From IMG/VR virus record IMGVR_UViG_3300030099_001934, positions 1 to 55,631 of that record: a stretch of 55,631 nucleotides of DNA; one strand, 5' to 3'. The stretch is from a virus. Lineage: Duplodnaviria; Caudoviricetes. Made by a program: the position numbers and the translations under genes. The notes below the pieces were generated by a model that was given only the letters and a program-made list of their open reading frames with translations, was not told the origin of the DNA and did no database searches. Below are positions 1 through 9,425 of this stretch, piece by piece. Positions within the stretch are counted from its first letter, which is position 1. The number at the start of each line of letters is the position of its first letter.

Positions 1-3000
1 GCTACCCTGCCTTCTATTACGACCAAGTTGAGCCGTTACTGAAGTGACTATCCCTTTTACTGGGTCTAATAACTCGCTTGAGATATTGTTAGCCAAATGG
101 TGAGCATAAGCACTCTCCATAAAGTTAGATTGTTGATTTGCCCGAATATACTTATTTTGTGAGGGGAAACCGTTTGCTACATCTATTTGAGTAATAAATG
201 GATTTTGAGCAGCGCCGTTGTATTTGATACCATAGTTACCCAAATCAATTTCATCAGTTCCATCGGCCTGATTTTGTGATGTAGATAATCTTTCAAAACC
301 TATTTCAGCGGCTTTTGGAGAAGTCTGAACCTGCATGTGTATATCTTGAAATGCGATAAACTCACGGTCATGTGCGACATCATACAAAAGGACACGAGCG
401 TGTCCTTCTTTAGCGAGCATAGGGTCAAGGAAAGCAACCTTTGGAGGATTAGACAAACCAAGACTTGTGTAATTAAGTTCAATTGTTTTATTGACATGTT
501 GAACAAAATTACGAGCAGTCTCAACACAAGAATTACCAATCAAGAAGTTTTCAAGGGGTATAGATTCACGAGGATTCTCACTTAATATTCCTGTTCCACC
601 GTTAAACTTGTGATAGACTAATGCTTCATTCAATACTCCTCTACTCTTAGCGAACATACCTTGAACAGCGTGTGGGTTGTTGTATGTCATGTTCATCCAT
701 ATTGTGTCTCCTCTTCGTAGTCCACCTTGAGCAAAAGGATAGCCCCATGTTCTGTTTAATAACGCATCGTCATCGTTTTTCATAACTTCATTTACACCCA
801 CTCTTAGGAATATAGATTTACCAGCCGCTATTTGTGTATCTAAGATAATCTCGTTAGCGGCTGGTATTGGGCTTTCAAAGTGAATAAAGGATTCTTGCAT
901 GGTTGCTTGGCTGGGAGTAAAGTGAACTACGGACTCTTCTATTCTTGCTACTTTTCCTAAAAGAGTAGACTTTAGCGCCTTTCCAGCGCCATCGGCTTGG
1001 GCGTTTTCTTCAACATAAATATAGTCTCCAACCTTGACATTAACATTGAAAGTATTTGATGATAAAGGTTCTATTCTCGTGTGATTTGTGCAACCAATAA
1101 TTAAGTTGGAAACTTTTGATGTTATTTTCCACGGCGCTGAATAGTGAATTGGTCTTGCTGAGTTTGACAAGTTTACATTATTATCTAAGTTAGTGTTGTA
1201 TTTATCAGAACTAAAGTGGGTATCAAATCCTTTTGAAACTAACAAAGCCTGTTGCCCTTTCAGTATATCATTTTTGAGATAAGAAGGAACAGTTGTTTTT
1301 TCTTTAGTAAAAACAATAATGCTTGATAAAGAATCATCAATAGTCAAACTCGCTGCAACATATTGCCGATTACCCTCTCCAAAATATACAAAGGTATTAC
1401 CTGCTACTTCTAAGGTATAATGTGCAAGACCCATATCCCATTCGTATGTGCTACTAACTGAGAAATTGGGAGTCTTTTCTACATTCGGAAACTTCTCTAT
1501 ATCCTCTTTACTCATAATTAAATGAGCATAACCTGTATAAACAGAACCGTTCATGATAGGTTCAACACTAAGAACAGTTCCACTTGCTCTACCTGATTCT
1601 ACTTTAGCGGCATGTGGATTAGAAAGTGGCCCTGCTTTGAACTCTACAGCGCTCACATATTGTCGTAATCCATAGTCAATGTTACCGCCTTGTGTCTTTA
1701 CACTACCAGCGTCATAATAGTATTCGCTTCTATCCTCAAAATCAGCAGCAGCGTTGAGAGCGTCACCTTTGAGTGGCACTAATACCTCTGAATCGTATAT
1801 ATTCCCTACGAGTAAAGGCAAACCAACACCACTGTCTGTTATTTCCTTAACGAAGTCCTCTGAAACATAGGAATCGTTATCTCTTGGGACATTAATAAAA
1901 CCATCAAAAGAAGGGTCATTGTCATAAATACACCACTCACCTGAAGGCAAAAATGCTCTTCGGTGTATAGTTACATTAACTACATTGAAGTAATCGCTCC
2001 CTGTAGTTACACTTGCTGGAAAAATATTTAGATTACCAACATATATTTTGTATTGAGCAGTCTCCGTTTCAAAGTTAGTTATGTGAGTTTGGTTAGTCTT
2101 CTCATCTGTGAGGACACTCTTAGCGTAAGCGCCAAATGCTGTTCTATCAGACGGAGGCATATCTTGGTATCTACGACCAACTGGAGAAGGATTCCATGTA
2201 TGTGCGGTCATAGTTGGGTCAATATGCAACTTTAGAGAATTATCAGGGCCGGGGTGAGTTTGCTCAAACTTGTTAGCAAAGAATTGGCTTCTAAAGAGAG
2301 GTATCTCAACTAAGGCACGAGTAGAAGCGAACTGTGTTCCAAGTTGATAATCATGTGAAATATTATCCATTGACTGGAACATTCTATCGTTTACAGTGCT
2401 ACCGTCAGACTGTAAGTTTTCAACAAAGAAATGACCATCTCCCATAATCACCTCGCCAAGAGGGAAATCTTGTTTTTGTGTTCCAGTAAGAGCGTTTGCG
2501 TTTGCGGCCAAACCACTACCAACAACCCAATCTTGGAATGTAGCGACTGGCGAACCATTGGGTAAAATGAATCTTCTTGAAGACAAGTTAGAATCAGTAA
2601 ATAAAAAGCAAGCCCCTTTTTTAGATGTATACTCAGCATTTGCTCCATTCTTCAAATATATCCTACCAACTTTAGGGAATGGGTATGTTCCCCAACTTTT
2701 CAAGTCAGGTGACTCATTGTTAAGTGGTGAGACTTCAATAAACTGAGTATTTTGTGTAGCGTCTAAATCCACTCTTACTTTTGTGGCAAGGCATGAAAAT
2801 CCTCTACGACTACTGTATGGTAAATGAGCCAGTGTGCTTCTGTCAAAAGATGGTTTGGTATCAAACGCCCCTTGACCTACACCACCGAGAGTTACACTGA
2901 CCACTGGTGCATTAGGGTCTATCTCTTTCACTACATGTGAGTCAGGGCTGCCCGATGCTAATTCATTGATGCTACGAGTCGCCGCTACATCTGAAAGCCC

Positions 3001-5685
3001 TACACAGTTTACTGCTGTAAAGCGCCCATCATCACCTTCAACCTCTTCTACACCACGCAGTTTTGTGCGCCCCATGAGGAACATAATACAAGCAAGATTA
3101 TGGTCATCAGGTCTGTCTTTAATAGAATTGACATATTGCAGTTGATTTGTCCTTTTTCTATCTGATGGTTGAACAAAGAAACGATGACTTGTTCCTACAA
3201 GATGATTAATTTCAACATTGTCAATAATGTCAAAGAACTCGTGTATAGCGGAGGCTGAAGAGGTGATACCCTCGTCAAATTGCCCTGCGCTGGGGCTGTC
3301 GTGAACTTTATGTGGAACTCTACGAGCAAACTCTTGCGTTATATCGTTACCTGATTTTATTTGCACTCTCTCCATAAAGAGGCGATGAAATACTGAATCA
3401 TGGTCAGCCTTTGATGTATGAGAAGCATTGACATTCTGTGGTGTGTTGTTACCAATAGTAGCAGTGGCTGTGAAGTTTTGAGGTGTTAATCTCTCATCTA
3501 ATTCAACATCAGCCTCAAATCCTTCGCTATTATCACCAACAAGAGAATGACTGAAATTAACTGAGCCTAAGTTACCTTCTTTAGACTTACCAACATCTAT
3601 GTAACCCCCAGCAGCAAAAAGAGTAGCATTACCAGCGGCGACATCAGTTGCTATGTCATCATAGATGTAACCACCAGCGCCGTTAGAAACATTACTCGCT
3701 GGAACTGTTTTTTCCACCATAAGCATAGGTGAAGTCTTATTCATCGAAACCCCTGTAAAATCTATGGCGTTATAGTGAATCTCAACATAAGGTGCAAACC
3801 CACGAGTAGCAAGAGTAGGAGAGTGTAATAGTGCTATTCTACTCTTACTTGAGGGGTGCAAGTGAAACTTACGAAGGTTAGAATCAATAGCGTCTAAACT
3901 TAGAGGCGCTGGGCCTTTGAGAAGGAATGGATATGGATTAAAGTCAGGGGCGTTTGCTTTTACACCCCCAATCGCTATGAGTTTTCTATTTGCTCCGCTG
4001 AGTCCGTTATTCACAACCTCATGAACTATGCTTGAGTTCACTACATCGGTAATCTCAAACTGAGCCACATCACGGTAGTAATCTACTCTTGAGTTGATTG
4101 GGAATAAATCTTTGATTCCTCTTGTTCTTTCATCATACATCAGGGTGAGAATATCCGAATTACCAGCCTGTTGGTCAAGCGCCTCATCATTAGCACGAGG
4201 CATATTTCTCAAGTAATGATGACCCTCAACATGATTCAGTATGTGCCGACCTGAGTGACCTACTTGAAACGACTCATCTAAATTAGTAGGCCATGTCACT
4301 GCGAATGGATTGAGGGGGTCAGAAGTTGTAGTCGCCATACGACTTGAATATACCAAAGCATGTTGCTCAAACTTACCTTCGTCAATCAACATTTGACCTG
4401 CTCTATCTACGAGTTGAGTAGCAAGATGAGGAGGTTGGTAAGGGCGACCTGTGCCGTTTTCAATCAAGGAGTCAGCCGAGATAACAACAAATGAGTTTGC
4501 GCCATTTGCTGGTATATGGGTTGAGTGTAAAATAGGTCGAAGCCCGTTTGTATTGGTGCTTGTTTTGAAATCTAAGTGGACACTTGACACCAGTAATTTA
4601 CCATTTGCGATGTCTATACTGTGAAGCCTTACACGCTCAGGGGGTTTTTGATTAGGCTTCTTAGTAGTTTGATTGATTGAGCCGGGGTTGATAAGTAGAT
4701 TGTAAGGAACATGCGGCACGAGATGAGTTCGTGTAGCGCCGGGTATTGTGATTCGGTCAATGACTGAATACATACCAGTAGAGTAAGGCGCTACTGTAAA
4801 ATCAACAGAAGTGTTAGTAATTGTTTTACCAGTCAAAGCATTAGCCAAAGCCTGTGCGTTAGTAGAACCGATAACAAGTGCAGTAAGATTACTCTCGGCT
4901 GCTATGCTATCAATTGTATAGACATCTTTGAACGGGGATATTGGCTCTTCAAATCTAAACATAGAGATTGTGCTATCTCCGACCAGTGCTGGGTTACGAG
5001 ATGTCATTTCCTGATTAAAAGCAGCATTAACATGTATACATTCAATGACACCTTTGAACTCTCCACCTTTACCACCAATGAATACATGTGAATTATTTTT
5101 AACCAAAAATGCATCAGAAGGAATCATCTGTTGTGCAACCAAATCTCCGTTTACATAGATTTGTGCAGCACCGTTTGCTAATGCCGCCACAACATGATAT
5201 AGTGGTCTTTGATTAAGCGATAACGATGTTGCTTTATCTTTACTACCTAAGTCAAAGCGGTTATACGAATCATCTAAACCACCGAATGTATTTACTGGAT
5301 AAACATGACCATCGTAGTTGTTTGTTTCAGGTAGCGCAGTTCGTATCAATACCTTCATTTTTCCAGTAGAAGGAGAATCAATATTAGCCTCAAACTCAAT
5401 TGGGCCGGGTGTATCAACTGTTCCCATGCTTAGTCTAAATTGACCCTCTTTCATGAGAATCACACCACCACAGTCAGGCACTACCCACGCTTCTATAGCG
5501 ATACTATTACTCAAACCATCAGCGATTATTCCTTTACCATGATTTGTAGATAAAATATCAGAAGAACTTTTGTGAGTGTCGTTGTATTCTTGTCCAAGTT
5601 TACTAAAATCACCTTGAGGAATAATCACGCCATCACTTACGCCATCAAATAGCAAAGCGTGGTTGGATTGTAACATGATAGGCAT
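1..5685 (-). CDS. Giant virion/tail protein with N-terminal LamG (ConA-like) domain, 3' end beyond the window (>1895 aa)
   Basis: Absent from the ORF track because no stop lies in the window. ATG at 5685 follows SD GAGGTGA (5693-5699). Manual translation gives MPIMLQSNHALLFDGVSDGVII...IAIEAWVVP...LYHVVA...AQIYVNGDLV...VFIGG...FKGVIE, a LamG pattern. The frame was checked open at about 2400-2460 and at 1-60. Confidence 0.8.
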   Translation of the reverse strand, partial: MPIMLQSNHALLFDGVSDGVIIPQGDFSKLGQEYNDTHKSSSDILSTNHGKGIIADGLSNSIAIEAWVVPDCGGVILMKEGQFRLSMGTVDTPGPIEFEANIDSPSTGKMKVLIRTALPETNNYDGHVYPVNTFGGLDDSYNRFDLGSKDKATSLSLNQRPLYHVVAALANGAAQIYVNGDLVAQQMIPSDAFLVKNNSHVFIGGKGGEFKGVIECIHVNAAFNQEMTSRNPALVGDSTISMFRFEEPISPFKDVYTIDSIAAESNLTALVIGSTNAQALANALTGKTITNTSVDFTVAPYSTGMYSVIDRITIPGATRTHLVPHVPYNLLINPGSINQTTKKPNQKPPERVRLHSIDIANGKLLVSSVHLDFKTSTNTNGLRPILHSTHIPANGANSFVVISADSLIENGTGRPYQPPHLATQLVDRAGQMLIDEGKFEQHALVYSSRMATTTSDPLNPFAVTWPTNLDESFQVGHSGRHILNHVEGHHYLRNMPRANDEALDQQAGNSDILTLMYDERTRGIKDLFPINSRVDYYRDVAQFEITDVVNSSIVHEVVNNGLSGANRKLIAIGGVKANAPDFNPYPFLLKGPAPLSLDAIDSNLRKFHLHPSSKSRIALLHSPTLATRGFAPYVEIHYNAIDFTGVSMNKTSPMLMVEKTVPASNVSNGAGGYIYDDIATDVAAGNATLFAAGGYIDVGKSKEGNLGSVNFSHSLVGDNSEGFEADVELDERLTPQNFTATATIGNNTPQNVNASHTSKADHDSVFHRLFMERVQIKSGNDITQEFARRVPHKVHDSPSAGQFDEGITSSASAIHEFFDIIDNVEINHLVGTSHRFFVQPSDRKRTNQLQYVNSIKDRPDDHNLACIMFLMGRTKLRGVEEVEGDDGRFTAVNCVGLSDVAATRSINELASGSPDSHVVKEIDPNAPVVSVTLGGVGQGAFDTKPSFDRSTLAHLPYSSRRGFSCLATKVRVDLDATQNTQFIEVSPLNNESPDLKSWGTYPFPKVGRIYLKNGANAEYTSKKGACFLFTDSNLSSRRFILPNGSPVATFQDWVVGSGLAANANALTGTQKQDFPLGEVIMGDGHFFVENLQSDGSTVNDRMFQSMDNISHDYQLGTQFASTRALVEIPLFRSQFFANKFEQTHPGPDNSLKLHIDPTMTAHTWNPSPVGRRYQDMPPSDRTAFGAYAKSVLTDEKTNQTHITNFETETAQYKIYVGNLNIFPASVTTGSDYFNVVNVTIHRRAFLPSGEWCIYDNDPSFDGFINVPRDNDSYVSEDFVKEITDSGVGLPLLVGNIYDSEVLVPLKGDALNAAADFEDRSEYYYDAGSVKTQGGNIDYGLRQYVSAVEFKAGPLSNPHAAKVESGRASGTVLSVEPIMNGSVYTGYAHLIMSKEDIEKFPNVEKTPNFSVSSTYEWDMGLAHYTLEVAGNTFVYFGEGNRQYVAASLTIDDSLSSIIVFTKEKTTVPSYLKNDILKGQQALLVSKGFDTHFSSDKYNTNLDNNVNLSNSARPIHYSAPWKITSKVSNLIIGCTNHTRIEPLSSNTFNVNVKVGDYIYVEENAQADGAGKALKSTLLGKVARIEESVVHFTPSQATMQESFIHFESPIPAANEIILDTQIAAGKSIFLRVGVNEVMKNDDDALLNRTWGYPFAQGGLRRGDTIWMNMTYNNPHAVQGMFAKSRGVLNEALVYHKFNGGTGILSENPRESIPLENFLIGNSCVETARNFVQHVNKTIELNYTSLGLSNPPKVAFLDPMLAKEGHARVLLYDVAHDREFIAFQDIHMQVQTSPKAAEIGFERLSTSQNQADGTDEIDLGNYGIKYNGAAQNPFITQIDVANGFPSQNKYIRANQQSNFMESAYAHHLANNISSELLDPVKGIVTSVTAQLGRNRRQGS

Positions 5686-5697
5686 TCTTCTTTCACC

Positions 5698-6951
5698 TCA
5701 AATAATCATGTCAATTGGTGCGAACACCATTTGGTAAGTGTAGTGTTGCTCTCCGGCGTTATATCCCACATCAAACTTCTGAATAGTGCCTTGAATACCA
5801 GTCATTTCATCAGATGTGCTAAAATCTACATTTGCTGACTTTGTATTTCCTTCAGAGATTTTTTCATTTGTAGACCTAAACAAACCTGTAGGAACTAAAA
5901 AGTTACGAACATCATATTTTCTACCATCCTCAGCAGTAATCATTGAGTTGTAGGGAATCTGTAGACCAATTGGGTAGTCTCCACTAAACAATCCATCAAG
6001 GCTGCTTACCACACCACCACCAGCAACAGCCCCAGCCGCTAATGCTGCTCCCCCTGTAAGTGCAAACGCAGCAGCACCCGCTATTCCCGCTATAATCAAA
6101 GCAGCAGTTCCTCTGTCTGTGTTGTGTAAAATACCATACAAGTCTTGCACCTTATCCCCAGCCGACTTAGGTTTGCTTGTAGAAGCACTTGAGCCTCCGG
6201 TGAATGGTAGATGATATGGAGCAAAGGGTCTATTTGTAGTAAAGGAAACACTACCAGTTCCAGTCATTTTACCAGTAGTTGATTGTGAGAGTGTAATCTT
6301 TGAAGAGCCAGCGGCTGGAACAAACTCCGATGTGCTGATAGCAGTTGTTATTGTTGAATTAAGGAATGACGGCCCTAAAGCGGTAGCAAGTGATGCAGCC
6401 ATTTCAGCGGGAGTAATACCGTTAGTAGAATGAACAAATATTGTAGCAAAATCTTGAGCACTGAAGTTTCCTACATTTGTAGTTCCTGTGCTTGTAAACT
6501 TAGCAGCGTCATTACTTTTTGAAAAGAAGATTCTCAAATCTTTATCTAATCCTTTGTCACGAATAGTTACCTTTGAATCGCTACCTTCGCATAATTCTAT
6601 GAACTTAGTATCAGCAACTTGAGTAAAGTTACCAACCGAGTTTAAGTCAGCATGATTAACAGCGAAATCAATTTGTGCAGTTGCACCAGTCGCTGCTGTG
6701 TTTCTTCGGTTTACATCATCATCAGTAAATATACCTTCAATAACAATAGTAGAATTAACCATGTTCAAATCAATTCCAAGTCTTTTACCACCCATAAGAG
6801 GTAAAGGCATACCGCCTACTTTACGCTCTACGCTGAGGGCAATAGAAAGAGCCTGAAGTTCCATAGGAGGAAAAGGGTCACCCCCGAATAAATCACCAAG
6901 AATACCAGCATCGAAATGAAGGCGAATAGGTGTTCCGTAACCGTCACTCAT
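5698..6951 (-). CDS. Putative distal tail / tail-tip protein
   Basis: 417 aa, directly downstream of the tape measure gene with an ATGA overlap; G/S/T-rich beta-type composition. Assignment rests on synteny. Confidence 0.5.
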   Translation of the reverse strand: MSDGYGTPIRLHFDAGILGDLFGGDPFPPMELQALSIALSVERKVGGMPLPLMGGKRLGIDLNMVNSTIVIEGIFTDDDVNRRNTAATGATAQIDFAVNHADLNSVGNFTQVADTKFIELCEGSDSKVTIRDKGLDKDLRIFFSKSNDAAKFTSTGTTNVGNFSAQDFATIFVHSTNGITPAEMAASLATALGPSFLNSTITTAISTSEFVPAAGSSKITLSQSTTGKMTGTGSVSFTTNRPFAPYHLPFTGGSSASTSKPKSAGDKVQDLYGILHNTDRGTAALIIAGIAGAAAFALTGGAALAAGAVAGGGVVSSLDGLFSGDYPIGLQIPYNSMITAEDGRKYDVRNFLVPTGLFRSTNEKISEGNTKSANVDFSTSDEMTGIQGTIQKFDVGYNAGEQHYTYQMVFAPIDMII

Positions 6952-8267
6952 CTTCCAGCCCTCATTGTTGAACCACCGCTTGCACGAGCAATCTCTTGCT
7001 GAATGGCGTTACTCATCTTTCTTGCGAACTCACGCTTGTCAGTTCTATCTGTCATACCCGAAGGATTGATTGTAATATTGTAGGTGTTACCACCGCCTCC
7101 TGTTCCAGCACCACCGTTAATTTCAACTGGAATAGAACGGTTGCCCGAAAGCGGGACTACAGCCTCAGTGCCGTGTAGCATTACCGGGTAACCCGACTCA
7201 GGCCCAGTCGCTATACCACCTTCAGCAAATCCAAGCATGTCTAATCCAGCACCAATAAGTTCACCACCAGCGTCTACCAAGTCCATGATAGCATCAACTA
7301 TTGGCTCTAAGACATCCCATATCATGTCAAGGATATACTCAAAAGCATCAAAGATTGGCTCAAGTATGTTAGTCCAAACCCAATCAAAACTGTCACCAAG
7401 TTCATCCCACACGGTTTGAATTGCGCCTATTCCTTCTTCTATGCCCGGCCCTACCTTGTCCCATAAAGCACCTAATGTGTTATCCCAAACCCATTCCATG
7501 CCCTCTACAAGAGTGTCCCATGCTGTTTCTATAGCACCGATACCAGTTTCAATTGGTGGCCCAACTAAGTCCCAAAGCGGAACTACAACATTGTTCCAAA
7601 TTAGTTCCATTCCATACATGAGGCCATCCCATGCGGTTTCTATGAGTCCTATACCAGCCTCTATTGGTGGGCCAACCAAGTCCCATAGAGGGACAACGAT
7701 GTTATTCCACGCTAACTCCATAGCGCCCATTAACAAGTCCCATGCTGTTTGAATAGCGGTTATTCCGAGGTCAATAGGAATACCAACTAAGTCCCATAAA
7801 GGAACTATGATATTGTTCCATGCTAATTCCATACCATCCATTAGTAAGTCCCAAGCAGCCCCAATTGCGTCTATACCTAACTCAATGACTGGCCCTACCA
7901 AGTCCCATAAAGGAACTATAATTTCATCCCAAGCCAATTCTAAGCCCGTCATCAATAAGTCCCATGCGGCTTGTATTCCTTCAAATGCTAAACCTAAAGC
8001 ACTCTCAAAAAAGTCAGCAATTTCTTGTATGACTGGCTCAGCAACCTCCCATAGTTTGTCAAAAATCGGCATGATATTTTCATCAAACCAATCTTTTACT
8101 ACCTGAAACTTCTCTTTGATGAAGTCTATGGCTGAACTAAAAGCACCTGTAACTACTGATATTGCACTACCAAAAATACCTCCAATGGCACTAAAAATAC
8201 CTGAGACTGCGCTTGCACCACTTGATAACCCGCTAAGGGCTACGGTCAAGCCAGCCAGTGCTACCAT
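6948..8267 (-). CDS. Tail tape measure protein
   Basis: Amphipathic Trp-periodic repeats, C-terminal GFAEGGIATGP...HGTEAVVPL motif typical of tape measures, and position after the tail chaperones. Confidence 0.85.
   Translation of the reverse strand: MVALAGLTVALSGLSSGASAVSGIFSAIGGIFGSAISVVTGAFSSAIDFIKEKFQVVKDWFDENIMPIFDKLWEVAEPVIQEIADFFESALGLAFEGIQAAWDLLMTGLELAWDEIIVPLWDLVGPVIELGIDAIGAAWDLLMDGMELAWNNIIVPLWDLVGIPIDLGITAIQTAWDLLMGAMELAWNNIVVPLWDLVGPPIEAGIGLIETAWDGLMYGMELIWNNVVVPLWDLVGPPIETGIGAIETAWDTLVEGMEWVWDNTLGALWDKVGPGIEEGIGAIQTVWDELGDSFDWVWTNILEPIFDAFEYILDMIWDVLEPIVDAIMDLVDAGGELIGAGLDMLGFAEGGIATGPESGYPVMLHGTEAVVPLSGNRSIPVEINGGAGTGGGGNTYNITINPSGMTDRTDKREFARKMSNAIQQEIARASGGSTMRAGR
7410..7964 (-). 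repeat. Five tandem 111-bp (37-aa) coding repeats in the tape measure gene, plus a partial sixth
   Basis: Unit WDLLMxGMELA-WNNIxVPL-WDLVGPPIExGIxAIxTA. The first Trp codon starts at 7964 and the sixth at 7409, a distance of 5 x 111. Confidence 0.9.
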
Positions 8268-8545
8268 CAGAAGTCCTCCGTGTCAAGGAAACTATAGTCA
8301 AGGGAAACGGTTTCTCGGCTACCGCTTTTTGAGGACTGTTTCTTTCTCTTATACGCTTTTTCTTCTTCGTTACGACCCACAATCGCCCAAGTATAGGATT
8401 GAAAAAATTGTTGTGGAGTCATCTCATGCACCTCTTTTATTGATATTCCATAGTGTTTTGCTACAATGTATGCTTTCATTTCAAGAGATAATTCCAAATC
8501 GGCGGGGGATTGGATTACTTTGCGACTGAGAAAACTCTCAATCAC
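8267..8545 (-). CDS. Putative tail assembly chaperone, gpT-like
   Basis: 92 aa with the pattern IVAKHYGISIKEVHEMTPQQF, immediately before the tape measure gene and in the -1 frame relative to the upstream chaperone. Confidence 0.6.
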   Translation of the reverse strand: MIESFLSRKVIQSPADLELSLEMKAYIVAKHYGISIKEVHEMTPQQFFQSYTWAIVGRNEEEKAYKRKKQSSKSGSRETVSLDYSFLDTEDF

Positions 8546-8919
8546 TTTTTCCCGCCTTTGGTAAACCCCCCTGACATCATTTCCCCAAGTTCATTTGGAC
8601 TCGGCAATAATGCAGAGATTTGTTCACCCACATATCCTTTGAGTTTCATTAACTCATCAGTAGAAAGATTAGGGTTAGTTCGCACTACCCAGTTTGTAAA
8701 TGCATATTTGTAATAACCTTCAAGGTTCAAAGACATTTGACCATCTTTGGTAATATCAAACATTTCTTGAGCCGCTTTTTGAATATCAAAAAATGAAACA
8801 TCACGAACCCATACCTCCATTACGAGGTTAGGGTCATCGGGGTCTATACCAATCTCGTGCTTCTGTTCATCATTCCGTCTCATCAATAAGTTCTTGTTCG
8901 CTACTACTGTTTTCGTCAT
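8542..8919 (-). CDS. Putative tail assembly chaperone, gpG-like
   Basis: Start moved to ATG 8919, which follows GGTGA-GACAA. Lies between the tail tube and tape measure genes. Confidence 0.6.
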   Translation of the reverse strand: MTKTVVANKNLLMRRNDEQKHEIGIDPDDPNLVMEVWVRDVSFFDIQKAAQEMFDITKDGQMSLNLEGYYKYAFTNWVVRTNPNLSTDELMKLKGYVGEQISALLPSPNELGEMMSGGFTKGGKK

Positions 8920-9415
8920 TTGTCTCACCTGTGGTCACAGCCGCTTCTTCAGCGGGGGTGTCCGACTCTACTTCAGCAGCCGATTCTTCGGGGGCTTCAG
9001 TCTCAGTCGTGGACTCGGATATACCTTCATCGTCACGCTTTAAGCGTAGAGCGATTTCAGCCTTAGTGCCGTAAACTGGTAGCCCACGGTCTTTGCATAA
9101 TGCTTGTAACTCTTTGACAGTCATAGCATCATAGGTAAGTTCTGTAGGGAAATCTTCGCTATCACCAATGTCTTCAGGTGTAGCCAATTCCGATGTTGCT
9201 TCAAATACCTCTTCAGGTAGAGGCTCAACTACTTCTTCTTCTATCACTGGCTCTAAAAGTGCTTTGACTGCCTCTTCAATGAGATGTAGTGAACGCTTTT
9301 CACCAGCAGCAACAAGGTCACCGGAGGTTACGCCTATTTGCTGACCATACCAACTGGCATATTCAGCGTGAGATAATTTTGAATATTGTTTTGCTCGGAT
9401 AGATGGTGTAAGCAT
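8870..9415 (-). CDS. Acidic SAP-domain protein
   Basis: YDAMTVKELQALCKDRGLPVYGTKAEIALRLK matches the SAP consensus. Likely start is ATG 9415 after GAGGGA. Confidence 0.8.
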   Translation of the reverse strand: MLTPSIRAKQYSKLSHAEYASWYGQQIGVTSGDLVAAGEKRSLHLIEEAVKALLEPVIEEEVVEPLPEEVFEATSELATPEDIGDSEDFPTELTYDAMTVKELQALCKDRGLPVYGTKAEIALRLKRDDEGISESTTETEAPEESAAEVESDTPAEEAAVTTGETNDENSSSEQELIDETE

Positions 9416-9425
9416 GATAGTTCCC

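Noticed and set aside
2443-2454. In-frame GAGGTGATT-ATG inside the giant LamG gene as an internal start
   Set aside because: Only 2 nt separate GGTGA from the ATG, against 4-7 nt at real starts here; the sequence is explained by the codons for E-V-I-M.
300-2746. Short track ORFs (300-539, 337-585, 2053-2235, 2448-2648, 2558-2746)
   Set aside because: They are shadows of the long minus-strand frame starting at 5685 and have no SD or recognisable motifs.
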